Of a DNA stretch of 64,000 bases, positions 50,382 to 58,872 are shown one piece after another. Origin of the DNA: an uncultured virus (IMG/VR IMGVR_UViG_2857251867_000002) (Duplodnaviria > Heunggongvirae > Uroviricota > Caudoviricetes); IMG/VR virus record IMGVR_UViG_2857251867_000002, one strand, 5' to 3'. Made by a program: the position numbers and the translations under genes. The number at the start of each line of letters is the position of its first letter. Position 1 is the stretch's first letter. Under the pieces are notes generated by a model. The model had not been told where the DNA came from, did no database searches, and saw only the letters and a list, made by a program, of their open reading frames with translations.

Positions 50382-50532
50382 TAACTCTACTTCAGGCACA
50401 AAGCTGCTTTAGGAAAGATCCAGTGGCAGCAATGAGCGAAGAGCTGACGTCATGGTTTTTATTGATTACAAACAAGATTCTTTAGTAACCTAAATTATAA
50501 TTATCAGTATTGATTACATTGGAAATGGAAGA

Positions 50533-51447
50533 ATGAAAAGCAATTTATTTATCTCTTATGCATGGACGTCTGAAAGCCATCGGGCATGGGTTCGTTTGTT
50601 AGCAAGTCATCTCCATCTAGCTGGTTATGCTATCAAAATTGATGAAGCTGTTGAATATGGCTCCAGCTTGAATGGATTTATGAGAGAGGTTACTGAAGCC
50701 GCACATGTGCTTTTAATTGTTGATGATAACTATGTACATAGAGCAAATAACATGCCAAATTCAGGGGTAGGAATTGAGACTAAATGGATAAGTGAGGCTT
50801 TTTTGCACAAGCCTAATGCTTGGTTATCAGTTATCTTTGTTCAAAATCCCGAACGAAAGTTGCCAGCTTGGTTAGTTGAGCATAATCCAAAAGGCTTTGA
50901 CTTCAATTGCTGCCCAGATAAAGATGATTTTCCTGGAGTAGCTCAGATTGAGGATGTTTGGCGTTGGATTGAAGGCTTACCAGCCGACAAAAGTCATGCT
51001 ATCCATCAACTAATGCTTCGTGAACGTGCTGCTCGGCTTGAGTGCATAAGTAATATGCGTGACCCTGCATACTATACTAATCCAGCCCTCAATGGTCGCG
51101 TGACCTTTTGTTACAATGATAATCCTTTCTACCGAGTAGGTTATGGTGAGTATCACTTTGATATAATGATCGACGAAGTAAATAATGAGACAATTAGGAT
51201 CTATAAAGATTATGGACTCGAGGCTGTTTGGTTTCTTCCTGAATCGTGTTCCGAACCATTAGATTACAAGCCGTTAATCAGGACTATTCGAACTGTCCAA
51301 CTCGAAGTTAGGCAAAAAGCAGTTCTCATGAATTCCGCGGGCATTCTTTGTGTAATCACCATTGAACAAATACAACCTGTAGTAAAGGATAAAGAATTTG
51401 TTCGTGAACACGTTACATTCTCGTATGATATTCTTCATGAACATTGA
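50533..51447 (+). CDS. TIR/SEFIR-domain protein
   Basis: LFISYAW..E.H..WV..LA..L and GVGIE (putative catalytic Glu). Confidence 0.85.
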   Translation: MKSNLFISYAWTSESHRAWVRLLASHLHLAGYAIKIDEAVEYGSSLNGFMREVTEAAHVLLIVDDNYVHRANNMPNSGVGIETKWISEAFLHKPNAWLSVIFVQNPERKLPAWLVEHNPKGFDFNCCPDKDDFPGVAQIEDVWRWIEGLPADKSHAIHQLMLRERAARLECISNMRDPAYYTNPALNGRVTFCYNDNPFYRVGYGEYHFDIMIDEVNNETIRIYKDYGLEAVWFLPESCSEPLDYKPLIRTIRTVQLEVRQKAVLMNSAGILCVITIEQIQPVVKDKEFVREHVTFSYDILHEH

Positions 51448-51559
51448 TATTGAACGGGTTAAAGTCAAGAATAGTGTGATTTTCAGGGTGCCTATGACTG
51501 CTCTTGGCACTGAACAGAATATCTAAATTATAAGTATGAAAGAATTACCCAAAACAAAA

Positions 51560-51666
51560 TAAAAAAATGCCGATACGCTAGGAGTCATATCGGCATATAA
51601 AATAAACGCAAGAAGCAATGTAAGTCATGTCGTACTAATTCGTATCAAACCTGTCAATTTGATACA
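51560..51666 (-). ncRNA. ryhB: RyhB-like sRNA
   Basis: Core AGUACGACAUGACUUACAUUGCUUC, 5' hairpin, terminator and Fur-boxed promoter. Confidence 0.8.
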
Positions 51667-51670
51667 TATT

Positions 51671-51701
51671 TAATGATAATTATTCTCATCATTATATTCA
51701 A
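51671..51701 (-). promoter_or_regulatory. Sigma70 promoter overlapped by Fur box
   Basis: TTGAAT-N17-TATCAT; ATGAGAATAATTATCATT. Confidence 0.8.
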
Positions 51702-51811
51702 CCCTAAATTAAATAAGGTTACTTTGTAGCCTTTTCGTCTACGCCGACCACAGAATCAACACCCACTTATACCGTTCACACAAGAGCTGTGAGTCGGCAC
51801 CTTATTAACTA

Positions 51812-52050
51812 AAATAAATCGGTAAATGTTATGGCGGATTATAGTTTTAGTTTACAGTATGTCTTAGAAATAGATGGTGAAATGAACCTCTGTCATTAAA
51901 AGGAAGTCGTTTGTTGATTGAAGGGAAAAAGAAGAAAAACCAGAAGAAGACAATGATAAATGGATCCACTGATGCATATCCCAAGGGCAATTTACGTTAC
52001 AATTTGACCTCAGTAAAAATGTAAAAATAGACAAAACCGATTTATTAAGT
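51812..52050 (+). pseudogene. Chimeric remnant: 5' end of the 53283 gene fused to an internal hsp20 fragment
   Basis: 51812-51897 resembles 53263-53363; 51894-52050 resembles 49317-49474. Confidence 0.75.
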
Positions 52051-52062
52051 AAATAATCCAAT

Positions 52063-53250
52063 AAAAAAAGCCCCCAAGATGAGTTGGGGGAAGTGGGTTA
52101 TATAGTTATAATAAGAAAAAGATTATGAATTTTCTTTATATTATAAAATAATTTAAATTTCCATGGTTTTTATTTTTTTATTAAGATGAGATAAAAAAAT
52201 ATCAAAGTATTATAAAAATAATCGTATCTTTTTTATGGGTAAGGATTTTTAAGGATAAAAAAAATCCATCAGGAGAAGATGGATTAAAAGTACAACTAGT
52301 ACCAATCATATAATGAAGAGAACATATCTACAAAAAAGAGGACAATTAAATGAAATAAATATTTAAATGAGATCTAATGCATTAACAACATTATTAATAA
52401 AATAAACAAAATAAAAATGCAATAACTATATGGTAATAAAGATGGGTTGTAATAAAAAAATATCAAAAAATCACAAAAACAAAAATAATAAAAAAATCCA
52501 TCTGAGTGAGATGGATTTAAAAAAACAAATAAAATATGCAGTAGGAAGGAATTTAAATACTTGTTTTAAATAAGTATTTTTGAAATCAATGATTACACAT
52601 TTTGTATAAATAATTAATTTCGATATTATTAATAAATTATTTTTTTATAATGGTCAATATTGGTTGTTAATGATTTTATTGATTTTGATCACAAATTTAT
52701 ATTTTTAATTTACTAATTTTAAATGTAAAGAATCATTAATAAAGATGGCTTGAATAATAAAAAATAAAACGTTGATAAATAAAAAAACCACCTACGGCAA
52801 GTAGGTGGGAAAAGGAAGAATTAATGTGAGTTGTAATGTACATTATTGAAAATAACACGAAGTAAGTAAAAAACAACAAAAAGAATGAAAATTATCATTT
52901 GGAATTATTAATTTATCATTTTTAGTTTGAGTGTGATTTAACAAATAAGCTTATAATTTCTAGAATGTATTTTTATTAGACTTTGTTTAATTTAATCCTT
53001 TCATATTTCATGAGGATATTTTCATTATGTAAGGATAAAAAAAATCCATCTGGGATAGATGGATTAAACGAATTAAACGGAAAATCATGCTGATTTATGT
53101 AACATATAAAAAAGAGATCATATTAACTAAATGAACAAATTAGAATATATAAATCTACAGCATTAATGACATTATTATTAATAAACAAAATAAAATGAAA
53201 ATTCAATAACTATATTGCAAAAATAATTAATTGTAATATAAAAATATCAA
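52063..53250 (-). ncRNA. Candidate array of five small RNAs
   Basis: Five hairpin+U-tract terminators on minus strand with no ORF of 60 aa or more. Confidence 0.55.
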
Positions 53251-53282
53251 TATGTTTCATCTAAATAAATCGGTAAATATTT

Positions 53283-53705
53283 ATGTCAAAAGAGATAAGC
53301 GAATTACAGTTTAGTCTTCACTATGCATCAGAAACAGACAGTGAAAAGAATACCTCCGTCATTTTAACGGCGAATATCCATACGGCTGATGGAGAAACTC
53401 AACAACTCACACAACTAATTTGCACGACATCTCCCGCAGGTAAAAAGCAATATCGAATCGGCACACAAAAGATTAATGATGCTGGTGACCCATTGCTGGT
53501 GGCGATTGAATCTTATTGGCGCAAAAACACGCAAGAGAGTTGTATTTATTTGTTAGAGAAAGCGAAGCAATTTATTCAAGGGCACTTACAACAAACGAAT
53601 ACTTGGATATCCATGTACGGCCTTGTGATTGTTTCTAATGCGTCACTTGAAGAGCAGTTGCCTGAAAGTTTATTAAAGGCACTTAAAGTATTAATACCCG
53701 CCTAA
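53283..53705 (+). CDS. Hypothetical protein upstream of holin
   Basis: 140 aa ORF. Confidence 0.7.
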   Translation: MSKEISELQFSLHYASETDSEKNTSVILTANIHTADGETQQLTQLICTTSPAGKKQYRIGTQKINDAGDPLLVAIESYWRKNTQESCIYLLEKAKQFIQGHLQQTNTWISMYGLVIVSNASLEEQLPESLLKALKVLIPA

Positions 53706-53758
53706 TTTTTTTAACTCTCTCTCACTAATCATCAACGGACACTCCTCAGGGGGTGACT

Positions 53759-54028
53759 ATGCGTATGGAAAAATTAACCAATGTAACTTATGGAACCGCA
53801 GGCTTAACGGCCTTTTTTGCCAGTCTTTCGTTATATGAATGGGGATTTGTTATCGGGATGGCGTTCAGCATGGTTCTGGGTTTAGCTACTTATTTTATGA
53901 CTCGTCGAGAACAACGAAAACGCACTCAATTATTTGAAGAGCTTGTTCGTCATGTTGACCCGCAAAACCCGACCGAAACGTTAAAAAGGCTTGCTGAATT
54001 AATGGTAAAAGCGCCAAAGGATATTTAA
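53759..54028 (+). CDS. Holin (dual start)
   Basis: Paralogue of 14351. Confidence 0.85.
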   Translation: MRMEKLTNVTYGTAGLTAFFASLSLYEWGFVIGMAFSMVLGLATYFMTRREQRKRTQLFEELVRHVDPQNPTETLKRLAELMVKAPKDI

Positions 54029-54498
54029 TGTCTCTCAAACAGAAAATAGCGGCGATAACAACTGCGGGAGCAACAGCAATTGCGCTAGTAGTGATAGCCC
54101 ATTTTGAAGGGGTGCGTTATGAACCTTATCGTGATGTGGCAGGTGTTTTGACGGTTTGTTATGGGCACACAGGCAAAGACATTATTCAAGGTAAGAGATA
54201 CACACAACAAGAATGTGATGCGTTATTACAAAACGATTTTATTAAGACACAACAGCAAGTCGATGCATTAATCAAAGTACCACTCGATGACTACACCAAA
54301 GCTGCTTTATATTCCTTTGCTTTTAATGTGGGTACAACCGCATTTGCTCGCTCAACATTACTTAAGAAACTAAACGCTGGTGATAGTGCGGGTGCCTGTG
54401 AAGAAATAAAACGTTGGGTTTATGCAGAAGGAAAGGTTTGGCGAGGGCTTGTCAGTCGTCGAGAGGCGGAGTCAGCACTATGTCATGGAAACCTTTAA
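54028..54498 (+). CDS. SAR endolysin
   Basis: Paralogue of 14620. Confidence 0.92.
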   Translation: MSLKQKIAAITTAGATAIALVVIAHFEGVRYEPYRDVAGVLTVCYGHTGKDIIQGKRYTQQECDALLQNDFIKTQQQVDALIKVPLDDYTKAALYSFAFNVGTTAFARSTLLKKLNAGDSAGACEEIKRWVYAEGKVWRGLVSRREAESALCHGNL

Positions 54499-54638
54499 TC
54501 ATCATTATCAGCTTTATCCTTGCATTACTCATTACAGTCGCTGGTGGCATTTATCTCTCAATTGATAATTCATGTATTAACGACAAAGTCAGTTTAGAAA
54601 AACGCTGTCAAATTGCACTCTCACATCATCGGTACTAA
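54480..54638 (+). CDS. 52 aa membrane protein
   Basis: Paralogue of 15072. Confidence 0.65.
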   Translation: MSWKPLIIIISFILALLITVAGGIYLSIDNSCINDKVSLEKRCQIALSHHRY

Positions 54639-54640
54639 TC

Positions 54641-55102
54641 ATGAAATATGGGAAACTCTATGCCGTCATTGTGATGGTAGGTGTCATTGTGGGTGGCTAT
54701 TGGGTGATTAACAGGCAAGCTAACAGAATTACCACGCTGATAGATACCAACAAAGAACTAACGATTGCTCTCGAAGAACAGAAGTCTATTAATACTGACT
54801 ATCAAGCACGCATAATGCGATTAAATCAGTTGGATATTCAATATATGCAGGAGTTAGCGAATGCTAAGAATGAAATTAGTCGCTTGCGTGATATTAGTGA
54901 GCATCATCCTGAGCGGGTGTATATCAAAGCCGAGTGCCCAAAAAACAAAACCACTCCCGCCACCCGCTTGGCTTATGCAACCACCGCCCGACCTACTGAC
55001 ACCGCTATCAGAAATTATTGGTTACTCAGAGAGCGAATTGCAGAGTCAGAACAGATGATTAAAGGGTTGCAGGATTACATTAGAGTGGAGTGTATGAACT
55101 AA
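54641..55102 (+). CDS. Rz: i-spanin Rz
   Basis: TM plus coiled coil; LRERI...IKGLQDYIR.EC. Confidence 0.88.
   Translation: MKYGKLYAVIVMVGVIVGGYWVINRQANRITTLIDTNKELTIALEEQKSINTDYQARIMRLNQLDIQYMQELANAKNEISRLRDISEHHPERVYIKAECPKNKTTPATRLAYATTARPTDTAIRNYWLLRERIAESEQMIKGLQDYIRVECMN
54861..55058 (+). CDS. Rz1: o-spanin Rz1
   Basis: Embedded ORF; lipobox LSGC; PPPAWLMQPPP. Confidence 0.85.
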   Translation: MLRMKLVACVILVSIILSGCISKPSAQKTKPLPPPAWLMQPPPDLLTPLSEIIGYSESELQSQNR

Positions 55103-55373
55103 AAAAAAGCCCTACGTAGAGTACGAGGGCAAAATTGAAATTTGTCGAAAAACATCAATCTTTAATAAAGATAGCACTTATAAGTGAATATACCTATAGT
55201 GCGGCAAAAATATTATTTTAATAAGTGGTTGCAATACACTTAATATTAATTTGCTAAATAATTTCAATAATTTAGGTGGGTGGTTCTTATTTGTGTATTT
55301 GTTTTCTTTAAAAAAAGATACTTTTTGTGATAAAAATAAGAGTAATAATATTTAATGGTAACTATAAGGTTAT

Positions 55374-55577
55374 TTAACTATAAGGGTATTTATATTCAAT
55401 CATGGCATAAAAAAATTTTTCTTTAGAATTTGATGCCATTAAACCTTGGTAAATACTGAATGGTACCTCCTTATATCGATATTGTTCTCCATATTTACAG
55501 TCGATATCCAGCGTTTTAGTTTGATAATCGTAAGCAACAGAAATAATTTCAGATGATGCAATGTAAATTTTGTCCAT
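55374..55577 (-). CDS. KTSC-domain protein
   Basis: SSEIISVAYD...Y.Y.EVP..IYQGLM.S.SK.KFF. Confidence 0.8.
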   Translation of the reverse strand: MDKIYIASSEIISVAYDYQTKTLDIDCKYGEQYRYKEVPFSIYQGLMASNSKEKFFYAMIEYKYPYS

Positions 55578-56199
55578 TAGACTAATCACTATTAATAAAA
55601 ATAAAATGAGATAAAATAAGAGTAAATAATTTTTTACTTTAGTAACCTTTAATAGTAGTAAAAATATTCAACTTATTTTTATATAAAGAAGAAATATGAG
55701 TTAAATTTATTATTTGTGTGAAGCTTCTCACATTAGTGATGAAAAATAAGTTCCAGCATCACGCATGGACAAACTTAAATAAAGAACTTCTCAAAAGGAA
55801 TATAGTGATATTAATTCAGTATCGCTTTATTAAGCAAATAAGCTAACTGAATACTTTCAATTGTTTTTTTTAATTAACTATCGAATACAAATAAAATAAT
55901 CCTGCGAGTTTGAGTTTACCGTGGGGCTAAATTTAAGCGAAAAATAAATACCTATAAATCATAACGCTACTCTTATTTCAATGCCAATAGAAAGCGTCGC
56001 GTTGTCGCCGTCTCCTATGTTAGCCATGACCTATTTTATTTCTCGATAGAGAGCGCATAGTGAGAGCCAAAAACAACGAATACCACCGTTTTGTTATTTT
56101 TTGGTCATTATCAGCAACGTCAGCTGTAGGTAGAAGAAGGGGCGTGACGATGGAGAGACATCATCTACAAACGTCATTCATTGAGTGGTATATACAGAT

Positions 56200-56230
56200 A
56201 GCCATCAGTTAACCGCTGGTGGCTTTTTTA
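56200..56230 (+). terminator. Intrinsic terminator
   Basis: AGCCATCAG/CTGGTGGCT followed by T-run. Confidence 0.75.
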
Positions 56231-56261
56231 TTGGGGAAAATTTGTGATGGAATAAAAAAAC

Positions 56262-56600
56262 ATGAAAAAACGTAATGTTTATGGTGGGCGCTGGGCTAAA
56301 GTGCGATTAGCGTTTCTTAATGAACATCCGCTCTGTGTCATGTGCCAAGAGCAAGGACGCATTACTGCTGCCACAGTGGTTGACCACATTATTCCGCATC
56401 GTCTTAAAGAGGCACTTGAGTCAGGTGATAAAGAACGTATCGCAAAAGCCCAAGCCTTATTTTGGGATACAAAGAACTTTCAAAGCTTATGCGAACTGCA
56501 TCATAACTCAACCAAACAACGCATCGAAAAGAGTGGCAAAGTCATTGGTTGTAATGCGGATGGCATTCCACTCGATCCCAATTCTCATTGGCATCAATAA
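56262..56600 (+). CDS. HNH endonuclease
   Basis: PLCVMC...VVDHI...QSLCELHH. Confidence 0.9.
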   Translation: MKKRNVYGGRWAKVRLAFLNEHPLCVMCQEQGRITAATVVDHIIPHRLKEALESGDKERIAKAQALFWDTKNFQSLCELHHNSTKQRIEKSGKVIGCNADGIPLDPNSHWHQ

Positions 56601-56717
56601 CACCATGAATACAGGGTGGGGGCGGGGTAAAAGTTCAAACACTTTTGCCCTGATTACCTAGCGCCCTCATTTGTGTGCACAACCGCGAAATGAAAAGTTT
56701 TTTTCTGGGAGGTTCCG

Positions 56718-57185
56718 ATGGCAGGAAGACGCCCGAAACCGACCCACTTGAAGGTGGTCACCGGTAATCCGGGAAAACGAAAACTCAACGATAAAGAACC
56801 CCAACCCAAACGTGAAATACCAAGCCCACCCGAACATTTAACGGATTGGGGGAAAATGGCGTGGGCAAAATTAACCTTATTACTCGATGGAATGGGTGTT
56901 TTAACCGTGGCTGACACACTGGCATTAGAACGGCTGTGTGATATCTACGCGGATATTCTTCAATTGCGAGACACCATTGCCATTGAGGGTCGGACATACA
57001 CCACAAAAACGCAATTAGGGGATTTTTTAATTAAAGCGAATCCTGCCGTAGCCATGTTAGCTGATGCAGATCGCCGTTTTAAAAGTTATTTAGTCGAGTT
57101 TGGTTTAACCCCCGCCGCTCGTTCGAAGGTGAAGATGGATGGTGGAGAAGAAGAGGAAGATCCGCTCAACCAATATTTCGGTTGA
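56718..57185 (+). CDS. terS: Terminase small subunit (P27 family)
   Basis: GNPGKR...EFGLTPAAR. Confidence 0.9.
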   Translation: MAGRRPKPTHLKVVTGNPGKRKLNDKEPQPKREIPSPPEHLTDWGKMAWAKLTLLLDGMGVLTVADTLALERLCDIYADILQLRDTIAIEGRTYTTKTQLGDFLIKANPAVAMLADADRRFKSYLVEFGLTPAARSKVKMDGGEEEEDPLNQYFG

Positions 57186-58872
57186 TCCCGCAACGCAATA
57201 CGCGCAAGACGTGCATCAAGGCAAAATCTTAGCGGGGCCTGATATTCGCTATGCATGTGCACGTCATCTCAAAGACTTAAACGAAGCCGAGCAACGAGGA
57301 TTAGTCTGGGATGTCGAGGCTGTCAAAAGAGTGATCGACTTTTTCGCGAAAGTCTTAAAACTTAATGGCGGTGAGCATGAAGGAAAACCGTTTATTTTAT
57401 TGCCTTGGCAATGCTTTGTGATTGGCTCCATTTTTGGCTGGAAAATGACTGACGGTACACGGCGATTTCGCATGGTGTACGTTGAATCAGGCAAAGGCTC
57501 AGGAAAATCACCGATGGCGGGTGGCGTTGGGCTGTATTGTTTAGTCGCCGACAGTGAACCGCGTGCCGAAGTGTATGCGGCAGCCACGAAAAAAGACCAA
57601 GCCATGATTTTGTTTCGTGATGCGGTGGCAATGGTTGATCAATCTCCCGCATTAAGTCAGCGGATCACCAAATCAGGCGGAACAGGCAAAGAGTGGAACT
57701 TGGCTTATTTGAAAACGAGTTCATTCTTTCGCCCGATTAGTTCGGATGATGGGCAATCAGGACCTCGTCCCCATTGTGCGCTGATTGATGAAATTCATGA
57801 GCATAAAAATAATACCGCCGTCGAGATGATGCGAGCGGGCACAAAAGGTCGGCGGCAAGCCTTGATATTTATGATCACCAACAGTGGCCATGATAAAACC
57901 AGTGTGTGTTATGACTACCATGAATACGGTCGAAAAGTCGCCGAAGGCACTATCGAAGACGACAGTTTCTTTTCCTATATTTGCTCACTGGATGAGGGCG
58001 ATGATCCCTTTAAGGATGAATCTTGCTGGGGGAAAGCCAATCCGTCACTGGGTTACACCTTTTCTGAACGCTACTTACGCGAGCAAGTGACACAAGCCCG
58101 AGGTATGCCCGCGAAAGAAAGCATTGTGCGTCGGCTTAATTTTTGTCAGTGGGTGGATGCTGATAATCCGTGGATTAACAGTGAAACATGGATGCAGTGT
58201 GAAAACACGTTCACATTTGATGATCTTCAAGGTGAAGAGTGTTATGGCGGATTGGATTTATCAGGAACCAAAGATTTAACCGCATTAGCCTTGTATTTTC
58301 CTCGTCTCAAACGTCTTTATGTCGAATTTTGGACACCCAAGGACACCTTATTGGATAGAGCGAAAACCGACCGAGTGCCTTACGACTTATGGGTAAGGCA
58401 AGGTTTTATGCATACCACGCCAGGGAATGCAGTGAGGTATGAATTTGTGGCAGAACGCATTGCTGAAATGGCGATGCACGTCAGCATGAGAGCCATTGCC
58501 TTTGACCCTTATCGCATTAAATACCTTGAACCCAAACTCGATGAAGCGGGTGTGACGGTTCCTTTAACTCCGCATGGACAAGGATATTACAAAGCCAAAG
58601 ATTCAGGGCTATGGATGCCACACTCTATCGAACTGTTTGAACAGCTAATTGATGACAAGAAGATTGAGATCCACACCAATCCTTGTTTGAGATGGAATGC
58701 CGCATCTGCTGTGCTTGAGGCTGACCAAAAAGATAACCGCGTCTTTGCCAAGAAAAAAAGCACTGGTCGAATTGATGGTGTGGTGGCATCAGCAATGGCG
58801 ATTGGGGCTGCGGAAGGTGAGGTTGATGATGGCAACCTTGATGATTTTTTCTCTAACCCATTGAGTATGTGA
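57139..58872 (+). CDS. terL: Terminase large subunit
   Basis: GKGSGKS, LIDEIH and RIDG motifs. Confidence 0.95.
   Translation: MVEKKRKIRSTNISVDPATQYAQDVHQGKILAGPDIRYACARHLKDLNEAEQRGLVWDVEAVKRVIDFFAKVLKLNGGEHEGKPFILLPWQCFVIGSIFGWKMTDGTRRFRMVYVESGKGSGKSPMAGGVGLYCLVADSEPRAEVYAAATKKDQAMILFRDAVAMVDQSPALSQRITKSGGTGKEWNLAYLKTSSFFRPISSDDGQSGPRPHCALIDEIHEHKNNTAVEMMRAGTKGRRQALIFMITNSGHDKTSVCYDYHEYGRKVAEGTIEDDSFFSYICSLDEGDDPFKDESCWGKANPSLGYTFSERYLREQVTQARGMPAKESIVRRLNFCQWVDADNPWINSETWMQCENTFTFDDLQGEECYGGLDLSGTKDLTALALYFPRLKRLYVEFWTPKDTLLDRAKTDRVPYDLWVRQGFMHTTPGNAVRYEFVAERIAEMAMHVSMRAIAFDPYRIKYLEPKLDEAGVTVPLTPHGQGYYKAKDSGLWMPHSIELFEQLIDDKKIEIHTNPCLRWNAASAVLEADQKDNRVFAKKKSTGRIDGVVASAMAIGAAEGEVDDGNLDDFFSNPLSM

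Noticed and set aside
51864..52061. 65 aa minus-strand ORF
   Set aside because: It is the antisense shadow of the decayed hsp20 fragment.
52884..52900. Second Fur box (AATGAAAATTATCATT)
   Set aside because: TGA-N6-TCA spacing does not fit the 7-1-7 Fur palindrome, and such matches are common in AT-rich DNA.
53037..53115. Naming the CCATC/GATGG units as RprA homologues
   Set aside because: Only the terminator and a short AT-rich stretch look similar from memory; the RprA core is not evident.
52063..53250. CRISPR array or type III toxin-antitoxin repeat array
   Set aside because: Repeats are terminator hairpins with irregular 190-290 bp spacing; no cas or ToxN-like gene is recognisable.
53612..53622. 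Additional TGTACGG occurrence
   Set aside because: Inside a CDS, with no flanking stem and no downstream GTGGAGAG.
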